A stretch of DNA of 64,000 bases from an uncultured Desulfatitalea sp. (GCA_963668675.2 CAXXMB010000001.1:1504001-1568000); one strand, 5' to 3'. Positions 28,884-39,566 are shown, numbered from the stretch's first letter. Translations and numbers: made by a program. Notes: generated from the sequence alone by a model not told the origin.

Positions 28884-30617
28884 TCATCCCCTTATGACGC
28901 GGGGAAGCAGCATCTGATGCTGTGGGCATATCGATTTGGGGTTTTGGTAGGCGGCCCCGGCAAATGCCTTGAGATAGCTTCTCAGGTCCCTCATCTTGGC
29001 GATTTCATCCACCATGCCTTTTTTGGCGCAGTAGATCGGCCGTGAGTAATCATAGTACTCCTGGACCATCTCGTTCATCTTGTCGATAACAGGTTTGAGT
29101 GGTCGACCCGCCGCCTTCTCTTTCACCAGGCGTCTTGAAAAGCTCGCGGCAGCAGCGGTTTCACCGTGCATGACGTAAATCTCAGAAGTGGCCGTCCCCA
29201 ATGTAAAGGCTGTGTGCCGGTTGGCGGTCGGCCCTCCCATGACATAGTGGGCAGCGGCGGTGCCCTTGCGCAGCACGACCAGCAGCATCGGCACATCTGT
29301 CTGCTGGATGGAGTAAACTAAGGATTGGCCCAGTCCAAGCAGTTCGGCCTTTTCGGCGATGTCGCCCACATCGATACCCGAGGTGTCCTGGAACCAGATA
29401 ATCGGGATGCGGTCGCGCCCACACATGGTGACAAACTCATTCATCTTGATGAGTCCCTGGCGGTAGAGCTTCCCTCCAATACCGGGGTAGTCGGCATACT
29501 CGGGGTAGTCTTCTCCCAGCCACCCCTGTCGGTTGCCGATGACACCGACCAGAAAGCCATCCATTTTCACCAGTCCGGTATACATTTCCGGTCCTGCGTT
29601 GGGCTTGAACTCCAGGTGTTCGCTCCCGTCCACCAGGCGTGCCAGCACCTCGTCGAAATTGTAGATCTGCTTCTGGTTGAACGGCACCAGGGTATAGAGA
29701 TCTTCGGCAGAGAATTTGGGTTCGGCCGGCTCTGCGACGCGGAAAAATTTGGGTTTGTATGCCGGTATATCTCGCATGAACTCCTTCAGGCCATCAAGCA
29801 CATCGGTTTCAGTTTCGTACTTATAGCGGAAAAAGCCGGTAGCGTCATAGTGGACATCCACGCTTCCCGGTGGTTTGACCTTGAACTCCTTGGCGGCATT
29901 GATCAACTGCTCGGCCCCCTCTTCATCGAAATAGCCTTTCGGAGACATCCCGCTTAAAATACCACCGCCGCCCACGGCGATGTTGCAATCTTTATGGGCG
30001 AACAGAATGGTCGGGCTGATCCCCTGATAACCGCCGCCGGCCGGATTGGTACCATAGATACCGGCCAGGATCGGTATTCCAAGTTGATTCATTTCAGCAT
30101 GACGGAAAAAAGGTGTTCCGCCGCAGCGCCGGTTGGCATAAAATTTCTCCTGTTCGGTCAATTTAACGCCCGAGCAGTTTACCAGCCACACCAGGGGGAT
30201 GTTCAATCGGGTGGAGAGATCGGTGACCCGCAGGATGTTCTCGTACTGACCGGGCAGCCAGGCTCCCGCCATGACCTTATTGTCAAACCCGATGATCACG
30301 GCCCACTTGCCCTGGATTTTGCCCAGACCGTCGATGACATTGCTTGTGCCCTCTACGTTGTCCTCGGGATTAAACAGCGTGTGGAGGGGACACCATGTCC
30401 CCGGATCCACCAGGTAATCGAGTCGTTGAAAAACGGTCAGTTGTCCCCGTGCATTGATCTTATCGGCAGGGAAACCGGCATTTTTCACCTTTTCCACGGC
30501 CTCATCGACCTGAGCCTCCACTTTTTTTAGGTTGGAGACGTTCTCTCCCCCGCTCTTGATTTGTCCCGGGTTCAACTCCTGTCCAAAGGTGTCCATCTTC
30601 TCAAAATAGGGTCTCAT
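28884..30617 (-). CDS. gcdA: Glutaconyl-CoA decarboxylase alpha subunit (carboxyltransferase)
   Basis: Carboxyltransferase motifs GTNPAGGGY, GGKLYRQGLIK, LRKGTAAAHY and the C-terminal CPQHQMLLPR typical of GcdA. Confidence 0.85.
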   Translation of the reverse strand: MRPYFEKMDTFGQELNPGQIKSGGENVSNLKKVEAQVDEAVEKVKNAGFPADKINARGQLTVFQRLDYLVDPGTWCPLHTLFNPEDNVEGTSNVIDGLGKIQGKWAVIIGFDNKVMAGAWLPGQYENILRVTDLSTRLNIPLVWLVNCSGVKLTEQEKFYANRRCGGTPFFRHAEMNQLGIPILAGIYGTNPAGGGYQGISPTILFAHKDCNIAVGGGGILSGMSPKGYFDEEGAEQLINAAKEFKVKPPGSVDVHYDATGFFRYKYETETDVLDGLKEFMRDIPAYKPKFFRVAEPAEPKFSAEDLYTLVPFNQKQIYNFDEVLARLVDGSEHLEFKPNAGPEMYTGLVKMDGFLVGVIGNRQGWLGEDYPEYADYPGIGGKLYRQGLIKMNEFVTMCGRDRIPIIWFQDTSGIDVGDIAEKAELLGLGQSLVYSIQQTDVPMLLVVLRKGTAAAHYVMGGPTANRHTAFTLGTATSEIYVMHGETAAAASFSRRLVKEKAAGRPLKPVIDKMNEMVQEYYDYSRPIYCAKKGMVDEIAKMRDLRSYLKAFAGAAYQNPKSICPQHQMLLPRVIRG

Positions 30618-30766
30618 GGCTAAAATCTCCAGATCTCATTTGGGTTGCCCGGCCAGGCTCGGCAACCATGGGGCATCTGCAGAGCGACTCTAAAAACGAG
30701 CGGTTTTATTCCGGTTCTTTAGAGATCGTCTGCAATCATCTCATCACTTCCAGTCTATCAACTTTT

Positions 30767-31165
30767 TCACTCCCCAGCCGTCATGGGCCAAAGCCCTCTA
30801 TCGATAAGTACCTCTCGCAGTACTTTCAAAGCGGCATTAACTGTGGGTATCCCCGCATAGGTAAAGGTTTGAAAAATCACTTCGGCGATATCCTGCGGCG
30901 AGCATCCCACGTTCAGGGCCGCAATGATATGCAGTTTGAGCTCTTCACTGCGCCCTAGCACCGTCAACACCGCAATAGTGACAAACTGCCGGGTCGGGTG
31001 TGCAATCTTCTCACGGCCGTACATCCTTCCGGTGATGAAGAGAGAGAGCTGCTTGCCCAATTCAGGGTCGAAAGCGCGCCAAAGATCGAATGGTTTCTCT
31101 TCCGTCACACCCTCAAAGTAGAGTGCGGCAACCGCCTGGGTTCTCTTTTTGATATCATCGTCCAT
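30767..31165 (-). CDS. Carboxymuconolactone decarboxylase family protein
   Basis: R..VTIAVL...ELKLHI..ALNVG...I.EVI.Q...YAGIP pattern. Confidence 0.88.
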   Translation of the reverse strand: MDDDIKKRTQAVAALYFEGVTEEKPFDLWRAFDPELGKQLSLFITGRMYGREKIAHPTRQFVTIAVLTVLGRSEELKLHIIAALNVGCSPQDIAEVIFQTFTYAGIPTVNAALKVLREVLIDRGLWPMTAGE

Positions 31166-31253
31166 TGACCAAAACCTTGTTAGTAAAATGATTCCCGTTC
31201 AGGCGAACGAAAGATCGGTGCCGCCAGCGCCTCCCGGCGCCCATCCGACACCA

Positions 31254-31967
31254 CTATCCGCCCAGGTAAGCCTCCTTGACCTTAGGGTCGTTGAGCAGCT
31301 GGCCTGCCGGCCCGTTCAGCACCACCTGGCCGGTTTCTAGAACGTATGCAAAATCAGCGATTTGCAAGGCCGCTCTGGCATTTTGCTCGACCAGTAAAAT
31401 AGTCATTCCCGAACGATTGAGCTGTTCGATGGTGTTAAAAATATCCTGAACAATAATCGGCGCCAGCCCCATAGAGGGTTCGTCCAGCAGCAGAAGTTTT
31501 GGGCGCGTCATCAGGGCCCGGCCAATGGCCAGCATCTGCTGCTCTCCTCCGGAGAGGGTACCGGAGATCTGTTTGGCCCGCTTGGACAAGATGGGAAACA
31601 TCTCATATACCTGTCCGATGCGTTCCAGGATCTCTTGGCGATTACTGCGTTTGTGATAGAGATAGGCACCCAGATGGATATTGTCTTCAACCGTCATGTG
31701 AGCAAAGATCTGCCGCCCCTCGGCAACTTGGGACAATCCCAGGGCAACGATACGGTTAGCAGGCATATCGATAATGTTCCTGCCGTTGAAGATGATTCGG
31801 CCAGAGCAGTTTTTGTTCAGCCCCGAGATCGCTTTGAGCAGCGTCGACTTGCCGGCACCATTGGTGCCGATGATGGAAACGACCCGTCCTTCGGGAACCT
31901 CGAGAGAGATCTCTTTGATGGCGGAAATGGAGCTGTATCCTGCAGTGAGTTTTTCGATTTCAAGCAT
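31254..31967 (-). CDS. livF: Branched-chain amino acid-type ABC transporter ATPase (LivF-like)
   Basis: GTNGAGKST, LSGGEQQM, DEPSMGLAP and AYLGG motifs. Confidence 0.9.
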   Translation of the reverse strand: MLEIEKLTAGYSSISAIKEISLEVPEGRVVSIIGTNGAGKSTLLKAISGLNKNCSGRIIFNGRNIIDMPANRIVALGLSQVAEGRQIFAHMTVEDNIHLGAYLYHKRSNRQEILERIGQVYEMFPILSKRAKQISGTLSGGEQQMLAIGRALMTRPKLLLLDEPSMGLAPIIVQDIFNTIEQLNRSGMTILLVEQNARAALQIADFAYVLETGQVVLNGPAGQLLNDPKVKEAYLGG

Positions 31968-31990
31968 AATTGTTTACGCTTTTCCGCGAT

Positions 31991-32782
31991 TCATATGACC
32001 GACAGGCCGTCTCCCAAATAGGCCTCGATGACCTTCGCATTTCGCTGAATCTCCTCGGGTGTCCCTGCTGCGATTTTTTCACCGTAATTGAGCACGGTGA
32101 TTTCGTCGGAGATGTTCATGATCACTTTCATATCGTGCTCGACCAGCAGCACGGTGATTCCCCTCTCTTTGATCGCCCGAATCAGGCGCGCGGCTGTTTC
32201 CGTTTCGGTTTCATTGAGACCGGCCGCCGGCTCATCCAGGCAGATAAGTAACGGATCTGTGGCCAAGGCACGGCCGATCTCCAGGATCTTCTGTTCGCCC
32301 AAAGGCAGGTTCTCGGCCATGAGCTCGCTTTTCCCCTCCAGGCCGATGAATGCCAGCAACTCCATCGCCTCTGCTTCGAGAGACTTCTCCTGTCGCCGAA
32401 TACTGGGCAAACCCAGGCCGCAGGCCAAGAAGGATCTGTTGACATGCAGGTGTTTACCCACCATGACATTTTCCAGAACCGTCATGTTGCTAAAAAGCTC
32501 TACGGTCTGGAAGGTCCGCGAAATGCCCATGGCAGCAATCCGGTGCGGCTTCTTCCCGCTGATGGTACTGCCATTGAATCGGATGGTGCCCTCCGTCGGA
32601 GGAAACACACCCGTGATCAAATTGAAAAGGGTTGTTTTTCCGGCACCGTTGGGGCCGATAATAGCCATGATGGTCCCTTTGGCCACTTGCAGGTTGATGT
32701 TCATCAACGCTGTCAACCCGCCAAAGGCCATGACCAGCTCTTCTACTTCAAGTAAAGGCGAACGGGACCGATCGGATGCCAT
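31991..32782 (-). CDS. livG: Branched-chain amino acid-type ABC transporter ATPase (LivG-like)
   Basis: GPNGAGKTT, RTFQ, DEPAAG and VEHDM motifs. Confidence 0.9.
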   Translation of the reverse strand: MASDRSRSPLLEVEELVMAFGGLTALMNINLQVAKGTIMAIIGPNGAGKTTLFNLITGVFPPTEGTIRFNGSTISGKKPHRIAAMGISRTFQTVELFSNMTVLENVMVGKHLHVNRSFLACGLGLPSIRRQEKSLEAEAMELLAFIGLEGKSELMAENLPLGEQKILEIGRALATDPLLICLDEPAAGLNETETETAARLIRAIKERGITVLLVEHDMKVIMNISDEITVLNYGEKIAAGTPEEIQRNAKVIEAYLGDGLSVI

Positions 32783-32788
32783 GGTCGC

Positions 32789-33742
32789 CTATCTCCTTCC
32801 CCGTCTCAGGATCTTGCCGGGCAAGCCAGTCAACCCTTCCGGCATGAAAACGGTAACCAGCAGCAGTACGCTACCGTAGACCAGGATTTCGAACTCGCCG
32901 AAATGGTGCAACCACTCGAAACTCAAAAAAGCGAACAGTACGGCCCCGACCACCGCCCCCCAAATGCTGTGTGCTCCTCCCAAGGCCATCATAATGATCA
33001 ACTTGATGGAGAAGAAGGTGTCGAAGGTGGAGGGACTGATAAACATCATATAGTGGGCGTAAAGGCTCCCTGCCAAGGATGCCAGCAGGGCCGAATAGGC
33101 GAACACCATCACTTTGTATCTGGAGATGTCGACGCCCATGGCGCCGGCGGCCGGCTCGCTGACGTGAATTGCCCTGAGGGCCCTGCCGGTAGGCGACTGA
33201 ATGAGCCGGATGGTAAAAAAGAAGGCTGCGGCCACTATAGCCCATACCAAGTAGTAGTATTGGTTGATCGATTCAAGCGGATACCCGAACAGGGCCAACC
33301 CCGGGATCCCCCCCATGCCGTCGGGCCCGCCGGTCCACTCCAGCTCTTCCCTGAAGACGATGTTGACAATGATGCCGAAGGCCAGAGTGGCCATGGCCAG
33401 ATAGTGTCCGCGCAACCTCAGGGAGGGTGCCCCCACCGCGACAGCGACCAGCATCGCCAATAGAGCACCGATCAACATACAGAGCCAGGGATTGATGCCG
33501 AAATGGCTTGTCAAAATACCGGAGACATAGGCGCCAATACCGTAGAAGGCGGCGTGACCGAGTGAGATCTGGCCGGCATACCCCATCAACAGACTCAAGC
33601 CAATGGTGATAAGGCAGTAGATGCCAGCAAACACCATGAGATCGGGATAGTGTTCGACGGCCGGGAATCTTCCGGTTACCCAAGGAAAGAGAAGAATAAA
33701 AAGCACCCCTGCAACAATGGGCGCTTTGTGAATCCTCAGCAT
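32789..33742 (-). CDS. livM: Branched-chain amino acid-type ABC permease (LivM-like)
   Basis: GQISLGHAAFYGIGAY, LRGHYLAMATLAF and TGGPDG motifs. Confidence 0.9.
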   Translation of the reverse strand: MLRIHKAPIVAGVLFILLFPWVTGRFPAVEHYPDLMVFAGIYCLITIGLSLLMGYAGQISLGHAAFYGIGAYVSGILTSHFGINPWLCMLIGALLAMLVAVAVGAPSLRLRGHYLAMATLAFGIIVNIVFREELEWTGGPDGMGGIPGLALFGYPLESINQYYYLVWAIVAAAFFFTIRLIQSPTGRALRAIHVSEPAAGAMGVDISRYKVMVFAYSALLASLAGSLYAHYMMFISPSTFDTFFSIKLIIMMALGGAHSIWGAVVGAVLFAFLSFEWLHHFGEFEILVYGSVLLLVTVFMPEGLTGLPGKILRRGRR

Positions 33743-33744
33743 CG

Positions 33745-34647
33745 TTAAAACCTTTTAAACTTCGTTACTTCCAAATTACCCAAGATACCGCTGGGACGGA
33801 CGAAAAGAACCAGCAGAAGTATAATCAGCGCGTAGGCATCCTTGTAACCGGAGAGCAATAGCCCCGCCCCCCACGATTCGATCAGGCCGATCATCAGTCC
33901 GCCCAGAATCGCGCCCGGAAAACTTCCCAAGCCTCCGAGAATGGCTGCACCGAATCCTTTTATGGCCAGCATGGCGCCGCGGTCGTAGTCCATCAAAGCA
34001 ATGGGTGTGAGTGTCATGCCGGCAATGGCGCCGATCGCCGCGGAAAGGGCAAAAGACAACAGGACCATGTGCTGGACATTGATCCCGACCAGTCGAGCGG
34101 CGTCGGAGTTGTCAGCACAGGCGGACATCGCTTTTCCCAGTATGGTCCGATTGAAGAAGAGGGTCAGCCCGATGGCCACCACCACCAGAAAACCGATTAC
34201 CCACAGATATTGCGGCTGAAGTACGACGCCACCCAGTTCAATGGGAGTCCTTCCGGAAAAAGCCGGAAGATCATACGGTGACTTGCCCCAGATCAGCATG
34301 GCCGCTCCTTTGATCACAATGGATGCAGCGATGGTGGCAATAATCAAGGTCATCACCGATGGCTGCCGAATGGGCTTTATGGCCAATCGATCCAACAAAA
34401 TACCGGAGAAGGTCACCACCAAAACAGTGGTAATAAAGGCCAGGATCATGGGAAACCCAAGAGAGACGTGGATGAAGACCATGATCAAGCCGCCCAGCAT
34501 TACAAATTCTCCCTGCGCCAGATTGATAATTTCGGTAACGTTGTAGATGATATTGAAGCCAATGGCCACCATGGCATAGATCGCCCCAACGGTAAGACCG
34601 GTTACGGTGAATTGAAGTAGTTGGCTGGTAAAGGTGATGGTTTCCAT
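33745..34647 (-). CDS. livH: Branched-chain amino acid-type ABC permease (LivH-like)
   Basis: GAIYAMVAIG, NLAQGEF and AAILGGLGS motifs. Confidence 0.9.
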   Translation of the reverse strand: METITFTSQLLQFTVTGLTVGAIYAMVAIGFNIIYNVTEIINLAQGEFVMLGGLIMVFIHVSLGFPMILAFITTVLVVTFSGILLDRLAIKPIRQPSVMTLIIATIAASIVIKGAAMLIWGKSPYDLPAFSGRTPIELGGVVLQPQYLWVIGFLVVVAIGLTLFFNRTILGKAMSACADNSDAARLVGINVQHMVLLSFALSAAIGAIAGMTLTPIALMDYDRGAMLAIKGFGAAILGGLGSFPGAILGGLMIGLIESWGAGLLLSGYKDAYALIILLLVLFVRPSGILGNLEVTKFKRF

Positions 34648-34776
34648 TCTCAATTGCCAAGAGGATCAGAAAGCAAGGGCGGCGCGATTATCGGCCACCC
34701 TTGGCGTCTGTTTTCGGTAATACAGTATCAGATGCGCTGCACCCCCAAAGCCGACCCATGGGGTAACAAGGGCGAA

Positions 34777-35940
34777 CTATTTTACGAGTGCCCAATCGCC
34801 GTCCTTCACCACCACCATTTGAAAGGCCTCCTTGGTCAGGCCGTTGTGATCGTCAGGTGCGAAGTTGAAAACCCCGTGCTGGCCGACGAAACCCTTCCTG
34901 TTCTCCAGGTGTGACCGAATCTTGGCTTTGGCGTCACCGGCCGATTTAATGGCATCGACCACGAGTTGAATGGCATCCCAGGCGTGACCGCCAAAAGAGC
35001 TCAACGGCTCGTTATATTTGGCCATATAGCTTTTATGATAATCCATGGTCACCTGTTTCTGAGGATGGTCGGCTGGCAGTAGCTCTGCGATGTTGCAGGC
35101 TCCTAACGGACAATAGACGCCTTCGGCGGCACCGGCGGCCAGTTCGATGTTCTTTCGGCTACCGAAGCCATGGCTCTGGAAGAAGGTGATGTGGGTCATG
35201 CCGAGGTCGCGCCAATTGCGCAGCACGGTGACCTGGGAAGGTCCAACAGACCAGTTGATGATAGCTTGGGGCGCCAATCCCTTTATTTTCGTAAGCTGGG
35301 CTGTCATATCGGTGTCTTTGGGATCGTATTTTTCATCAGCGACGATCTCCATCTGATAATCCGCCGCCAAGCGCAACAGCTCATGCCGTCCGCTGGCCCC
35401 AAACCCTGAAGTTACTGTAATAATGGCTATTTTTTTAATACCCATCGATTGCATCTGGGTATATATGGCCTCTACCGCCATACTGTCCGTCTGGGGGGTT
35501 TTAAAAACCCATTTGTAGGGTTTTCCGGTTTTGTCATTATGAACAATCTTGTAGCTGGCCGCACACGATACCAACGGTGTTTTGTATCTTTCAAACACCG
35601 GGATGACAGCCACACTCAGGCCACTCACCGAGGGTCCTATAACGGCCAGTACCTTGTCCTGACTGATCAGCTTCTTCGCATACAGATTGCATTTGGTGGG
35701 GTCGGTCTCGTCATCATAGACAATAAGTTCGAGCTTTTCGCCATTGATACCCCCGTCAGCGTTGATTTGATCTACCACCATCTGGGCTGTTTTCTTTTCA
35801 GGGTCCCCAAGAAACGAAGCGCCCCCTGTCACTGAAAAAATTGCGCCTACTTTATACGTCGCCATGGCCGGCTTAGATAAGAATCCACAGATCACCAGAC
35901 CCGCTATAGCTGCAATCGCCATCTTTTTTACCATGATCAT
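34777..35940 (-). CDS. LivJ/K-type ABC substrate-binding protein
   Basis: Signal peptide, INADGGING.KLELIVYDD pattern, first gene of the Liv-type operon. Confidence 0.9.
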   Translation of the reverse strand: MIMVKKMAIAAIAGLVICGFLSKPAMATYKVGAIFSVTGGASFLGDPEKKTAQMVVDQINADGGINGEKLELIVYDDETDPTKCNLYAKKLISQDKVLAVIGPSVSGLSVAVIPVFERYKTPLVSCAASYKIVHNDKTGKPYKWVFKTPQTDSMAVEAIYTQMQSMGIKKIAIITVTSGFGASGRHELLRLAADYQMEIVADEKYDPKDTDMTAQLTKIKGLAPQAIINWSVGPSQVTVLRNWRDLGMTHITFFQSHGFGSRKNIELAAGAAEGVYCPLGACNIAELLPADHPQKQVTMDYHKSYMAKYNEPLSSFGGHAWDAIQLVVDAIKSAGDAKAKIRSHLENRKGFVGQHGVFNFAPDDHNGLTKEAFQMVVVKDGDWALVK

Positions 35941-36082
35941 CCTCCTTGAATAAACCTGTCTAAATTAGGTGCAGTGGCATTAGCGCTTCCGAATCCGAGC
36001 GTTGCTCTCCCGAGCGATATGACCTCAAGATCGGAACCCAAGCAATGAGCATAGATATGCCACCCCTCATCCGCTCAACACG

Positions 36083-36598
36083 TCACGCACCACCTGACGG
36101 ATTTTCATCTCTTCGCAGGGACGTTTCGAAATCTTTGAAAAACTGGTTGCGCTCCTTCCAATCCGCACCGAACCGCTTACTGAAAAGGTCGCCCAGTTTA
36201 TCGAACAGCCTGGCCCACCGGGGCTTGCTTCCACCAATTATGATGTCAGCCAGGTAATCGTCGAGTTCACTCATTTTCTCCTTGGGGAGAAAACTTACAG
36301 CGCCCAGCCGAATCGATTTTTCAAGGGCCTGGGGCGTCAGGGCATACGCCGTCAGCATCACTGCTGGGAATCCCCGTTTGACGGCCATCTTGAGCAGCTC
36401 AAACCCGTTGACGCCCATGATGTCGAACACAACGATATCGTATGTAAAACTCATCAGATACTGGCGCGCCGTTTCAAAATCCCGCGCTTTGGTCACCATG
36501 CAGGTATCCAGTATGTCGGCGACAGTATCGAGTACATCGGGTTCATCATCCACCACCAGCACCACTTTGTCCTTTAGGATTTGCGATGGATCCATCAA
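36083..36598 (-). CDS. Stand-alone response regulator receiver protein
   Basis: VVDDE, phospho-Asp in DIMGVNG, MLTA and LPK motifs, with a short helical tail and no recognisable DNA-binding domain. Confidence 0.88.
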   Translation of the reverse strand: MMDPSQILKDKVVLVVDDEPDVLDTVADILDTCMVTKARDFETARQYLMSFTYDIVVFDIMGVNGFELLKMAVKRGFPAVMLTAYALTPQALEKSIRLGAVSFLPKEKMSELDDYLADIIIGGSKPRWARLFDKLGDLFSKRFGADWKERNQFFKDFETSLRRDENPSGGA

Positions 36599-36766
36599 AT
36601 GATCACTCCATTTTTATTCGGGGGCTCTGGTGGTCCTATCCAGCAGGTTATGATGGTTTAGCGCAAAAGGGTGGCATAATCAATATGCAATTGCCCTTCA
36701 GGCGCTACACTCTTCCCATGGTATCCGCACCATGATGCTATTCGCGGCAGTTGAATGGTAGCAGTG

Positions 36767-37606
36767 TTACGGTTTTCCGAATAGGACCTTCAGCAGACGC
36801 CCTTCTTCACGGACAAAAACAGCGTCTCTGCCAATGCCAACGATAAAAAAGCCTTCAAGATTGCCGCCCTCCCTCACGATCCGGTTATTGACGACGGCCA
36901 TGCGCTCGGTCGGTTCCGGCGCCCAGGCAATCGCCTGTACTTTAAGACGCCCATCGTTTAGTCGCTGGGCCCCCGCATAGGGGTCTTCCTCTCTCTCTGT
37001 GGCACGTGGAGGCTTTTGGGGATTGGTGTTTGTTTTGGCAGCCGTGCTTTGTAATTGCGATGTCGCAGGTGCATCGGGTGTACCTCCGCCGGCGACCGCT
37101 GTCACCCGTGCCGGCGGTCCAGCCATTTTTGGCTCATCAGCGCGTGAAGGTGTCGTTTGACGCATCTTGGACCGTTCGATATGCGATGCCCTATGTGCCG
37201 ATCCGGCCGGTTGTCCTCCTGTTGGTCTACTGGAAGGGCTGCCCGGTTTGGCCAACAGCGTTTCCCTCGATTCGAATTTAGCAGCAGGTGCTGAATTGGA
37301 CGATGGGCCTCTGACGTTAGCTGCGGTTGAAGGTCGGTGCTTTCCCCGTTTTTCCAGTGGCGCCAGGATGGTTTCCCTCTCCTTTTTTGGATGACTGAGA
37401 AGCAACCCGGAAACAGTGATGATGCCGATGATGAACAACAAGGCGATGAATACCCATAAAACCATCCGGTTTCGAAGAAGGGAAAATGCGCTTTGGCGAT
37501 GCAGGGTCTTGCGCACATTAAAATCACCGGCACTAAGACCCCCGCCGCCTTTTTGCGGCTCCTGCTCCGTCTCCAGCCGCTTCAGTGCCTTTAGGATCGT
37601 GCTCAC
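36767..37606 (-). CDS. GspB/ExeB-like protein
   Basis: MSTILKALKRLE start, one TM segment, a low-complexity linker and a C-terminal LKVQAIAW...AVVNNRIVREG domain. Overlaps the exeA stop. Confidence 0.8.
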   Translation of the reverse strand: MSTILKALKRLETEQEPQKGGGGLSAGDFNVRKTLHRQSAFSLLRNRMVLWVFIALLFIIGIITVSGLLLSHPKKERETILAPLEKRGKHRPSTAANVRGPSSNSAPAAKFESRETLLAKPGSPSSRPTGGQPAGSAHRASHIERSKMRQTTPSRADEPKMAGPPARVTAVAGGGTPDAPATSQLQSTAAKTNTNPQKPPRATEREEDPYAGAQRLNDGRLKVQAIAWAPEPTERMAVVNNRIVREGGNLEGFFIVGIGRDAVFVREEGRLLKVLFGKP

Positions 37607-39396
37607 ACGCCGCCTCGCTCCTCTTGCTCACTCAATTTCGGATAGGTGACCGCGTTGGCTTCTTTGATCAGCAATATTTTGGTAAGGGGACCGATAAGAC
37701 CATCCGGTACAAGATGGTGGCGTTTCTGGAAATCAAGGATCGCCGCCCTGGTTTGTCTATCGAATACTGGATTCATACCAATCTGGTCGTAACCCGCTTT
37801 TCGCAACAGGTTTTTGATTGAATTTACGGCCTTTTCCGGCGCACCTTCTGTAATCAAAGCGTCGAAGCCGATTATATTTCTCCAATAAATATAAGCATTT
37901 CCCTGCAAATAGGGCAGAAGGCTTTCGAGGTCCGTTTCAATGCTGGAGGCGCTCCCGTCGATCCGCAGATAGATGGTGCCTTGCTCCCACTTCTCCAGTG
38001 TGGCAAAAGCGAGCTGACCGGAATTCCCTCTCTTTAAAGAGATGATAGCAGGTAAATTTAAATGCCTGACCAGCGCCCAATCGGACTGGATGGCATACAT
38101 CCGCAACCCATACTGGTGGGCGGCAATATCAAAATAGTCAGTATCACCAGCTACGGCAGGCAGTTGCGCTCGATTGGGATGGGGTTGCTGCCATAATGTC
38201 AAAAGACGTCCGACAGCGCTAAAGCGGCTTCCCTGGTAGTCAAGTGTAGCCAACACGTTTTGCAGGGTGTTGCCCGAATTGCTCTTTGACGTCTGCCCAG
38301 CCGTGGTGTTTGGGTTCGTTTTGCGACGTTCCGGTTGCAGTGCTGTGGGAACTGAGGTCGGGGCAGCTTTATGTATTTTGAATGTTTTTATCGTGTCTGG
38401 CGTCTCTTTTAAAAGCGGTTCAGGTTCTGAAACAGCTGCTTTTTGTTCATTGGCTGTACTCTCGTGAGGAATCAAGAGTGCACCGATTGGCTCTCTGTTC
38501 ATAAAAATCGCTCCTGCCGCAACCAACAGAGCCAATGAGCCCCCTGCCCACAGCAGCCATCTAAAATAGGGAGGATGCACCTTATGAGGACCGCGACTGG
38601 AGAGCTCCTGAATCGCTATCTTGGCGACCGCCGGCGTCACCTTGGGTTTTCCAAGGCTGAATGCCGTCAGCAACGCCCGGTCACAGGCAATATTGATCAT
38701 GCGCGGGATGCCATGTGAATACTTAAAGATGAGACGGCAGGCGCCTGGCGTAAACAGCGTTAACGAACGCTGTGCGGCGATGTGAACGCGATGGTGGATA
38801 TAGCTGATGGTCTCGTTTATCTTAAGTGGTGAAAGGTAGGCCGACAGAGAGATACGCTGGGCCAACTGCCGCAGTTCGTACGAATCGAGTTTATCACTCA
38901 ATTCCGGCTGGCCGACCAGTATGATCTGCAACAATTTACTGCGCGTGGTCTCCAGATTGGACAGCATCCGAATCATTTCCAGATTTTCAACGCTGAGATT
39001 CTGAGCTTCATCGATCAGCAGGACAACTTTACTGCCCTTTTTATTTTTTAGAATCAAATAGCCATTGATCACATCCAGAAGCTTCTTCAGGCTGGTGTGA
39101 TTGGTTTGAATGCCAAACTCATTACAGATGGAGGTGAGTAGCTCAACGGAGTCGAGTTTAGGATTGAAAATATAGGCAGACGCAGTGGTGTCGTCCAATC
39201 TTTCGAGAAAATTGCGACACAGAGTGGTTTTGCCAGTGCCGACTTCACCGGTAATCACCACAAAACCGTCACCTTGGCTGACAGCATAGGTAAGGTGTGC
39301 CAGTGCAATCTCGTGGTGCTTGCTCAAATACAGATAATCTGGATTTGGCACCAGCTTGAAAGGTTTTTCCCGCAGTCCGAAAAAGGTATTGTACAT
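37603..39396 (-). CDS. ExeA/GspA-family AAA ATPase with C-terminal peptidoglycan-binding domain
   Basis: MY..FFGL.EKPF, GEVGTGKT, IDEAQNL, LVGQPEL and C-terminal FQ..HHLVPDGLIGPLT motifs. Confidence 0.9.
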   Translation of the reverse strand: MYNTFFGLREKPFKLVPNPDYLYLSKHHEIALAHLTYAVSQGDGFVVITGEVGTGKTTLCRNFLERLDDTTASAYIFNPKLDSVELLTSICNEFGIQTNHTSLKKLLDVINGYLILKNKKGSKVVLLIDEAQNLSVENLEMIRMLSNLETTRSKLLQIILVGQPELSDKLDSYELRQLAQRISLSAYLSPLKINETISYIHHRVHIAAQRSLTLFTPGACRLIFKYSHGIPRMINIACDRALLTAFSLGKPKVTPAVAKIAIQELSSRGPHKVHPPYFRWLLWAGGSLALLVAAGAIFMNREPIGALLIPHESTANEQKAAVSEPEPLLKETPDTIKTFKIHKAAPTSVPTALQPERRKTNPNTTAGQTSKSNSGNTLQNVLATLDYQGSRFSAVGRLLTLWQQPHPNRAQLPAVAGDTDYFDIAAHQYGLRMYAIQSDWALVRHLNLPAIISLKRGNSGQLAFATLEKWEQGTIYLRIDGSASSIETDLESLLPYLQGNAYIYWRNIIGFDALITEGAPEKAVNSIKNLLRKAGYDQIGMNPVFDRQTRAAILDFQKRHHLVPDGLIGPLTKILLIKEANAVTYPKLSEQEERGGV

Positions 39397-39566
39397 GACG
39401 CTGCCCGTCTCCAACGAGATCTCATTGACATATCATAACTATATATCGCAAATAATTCAAAGGTTTCAACCCCTCGACGCAGATATATGATGAAAGTGGA
39501 CTTCCCGTTCTGTTTTCACCATTATCAGAACGAGCATTAATGTATGTGTATCGCCGGAGGTTGGCT

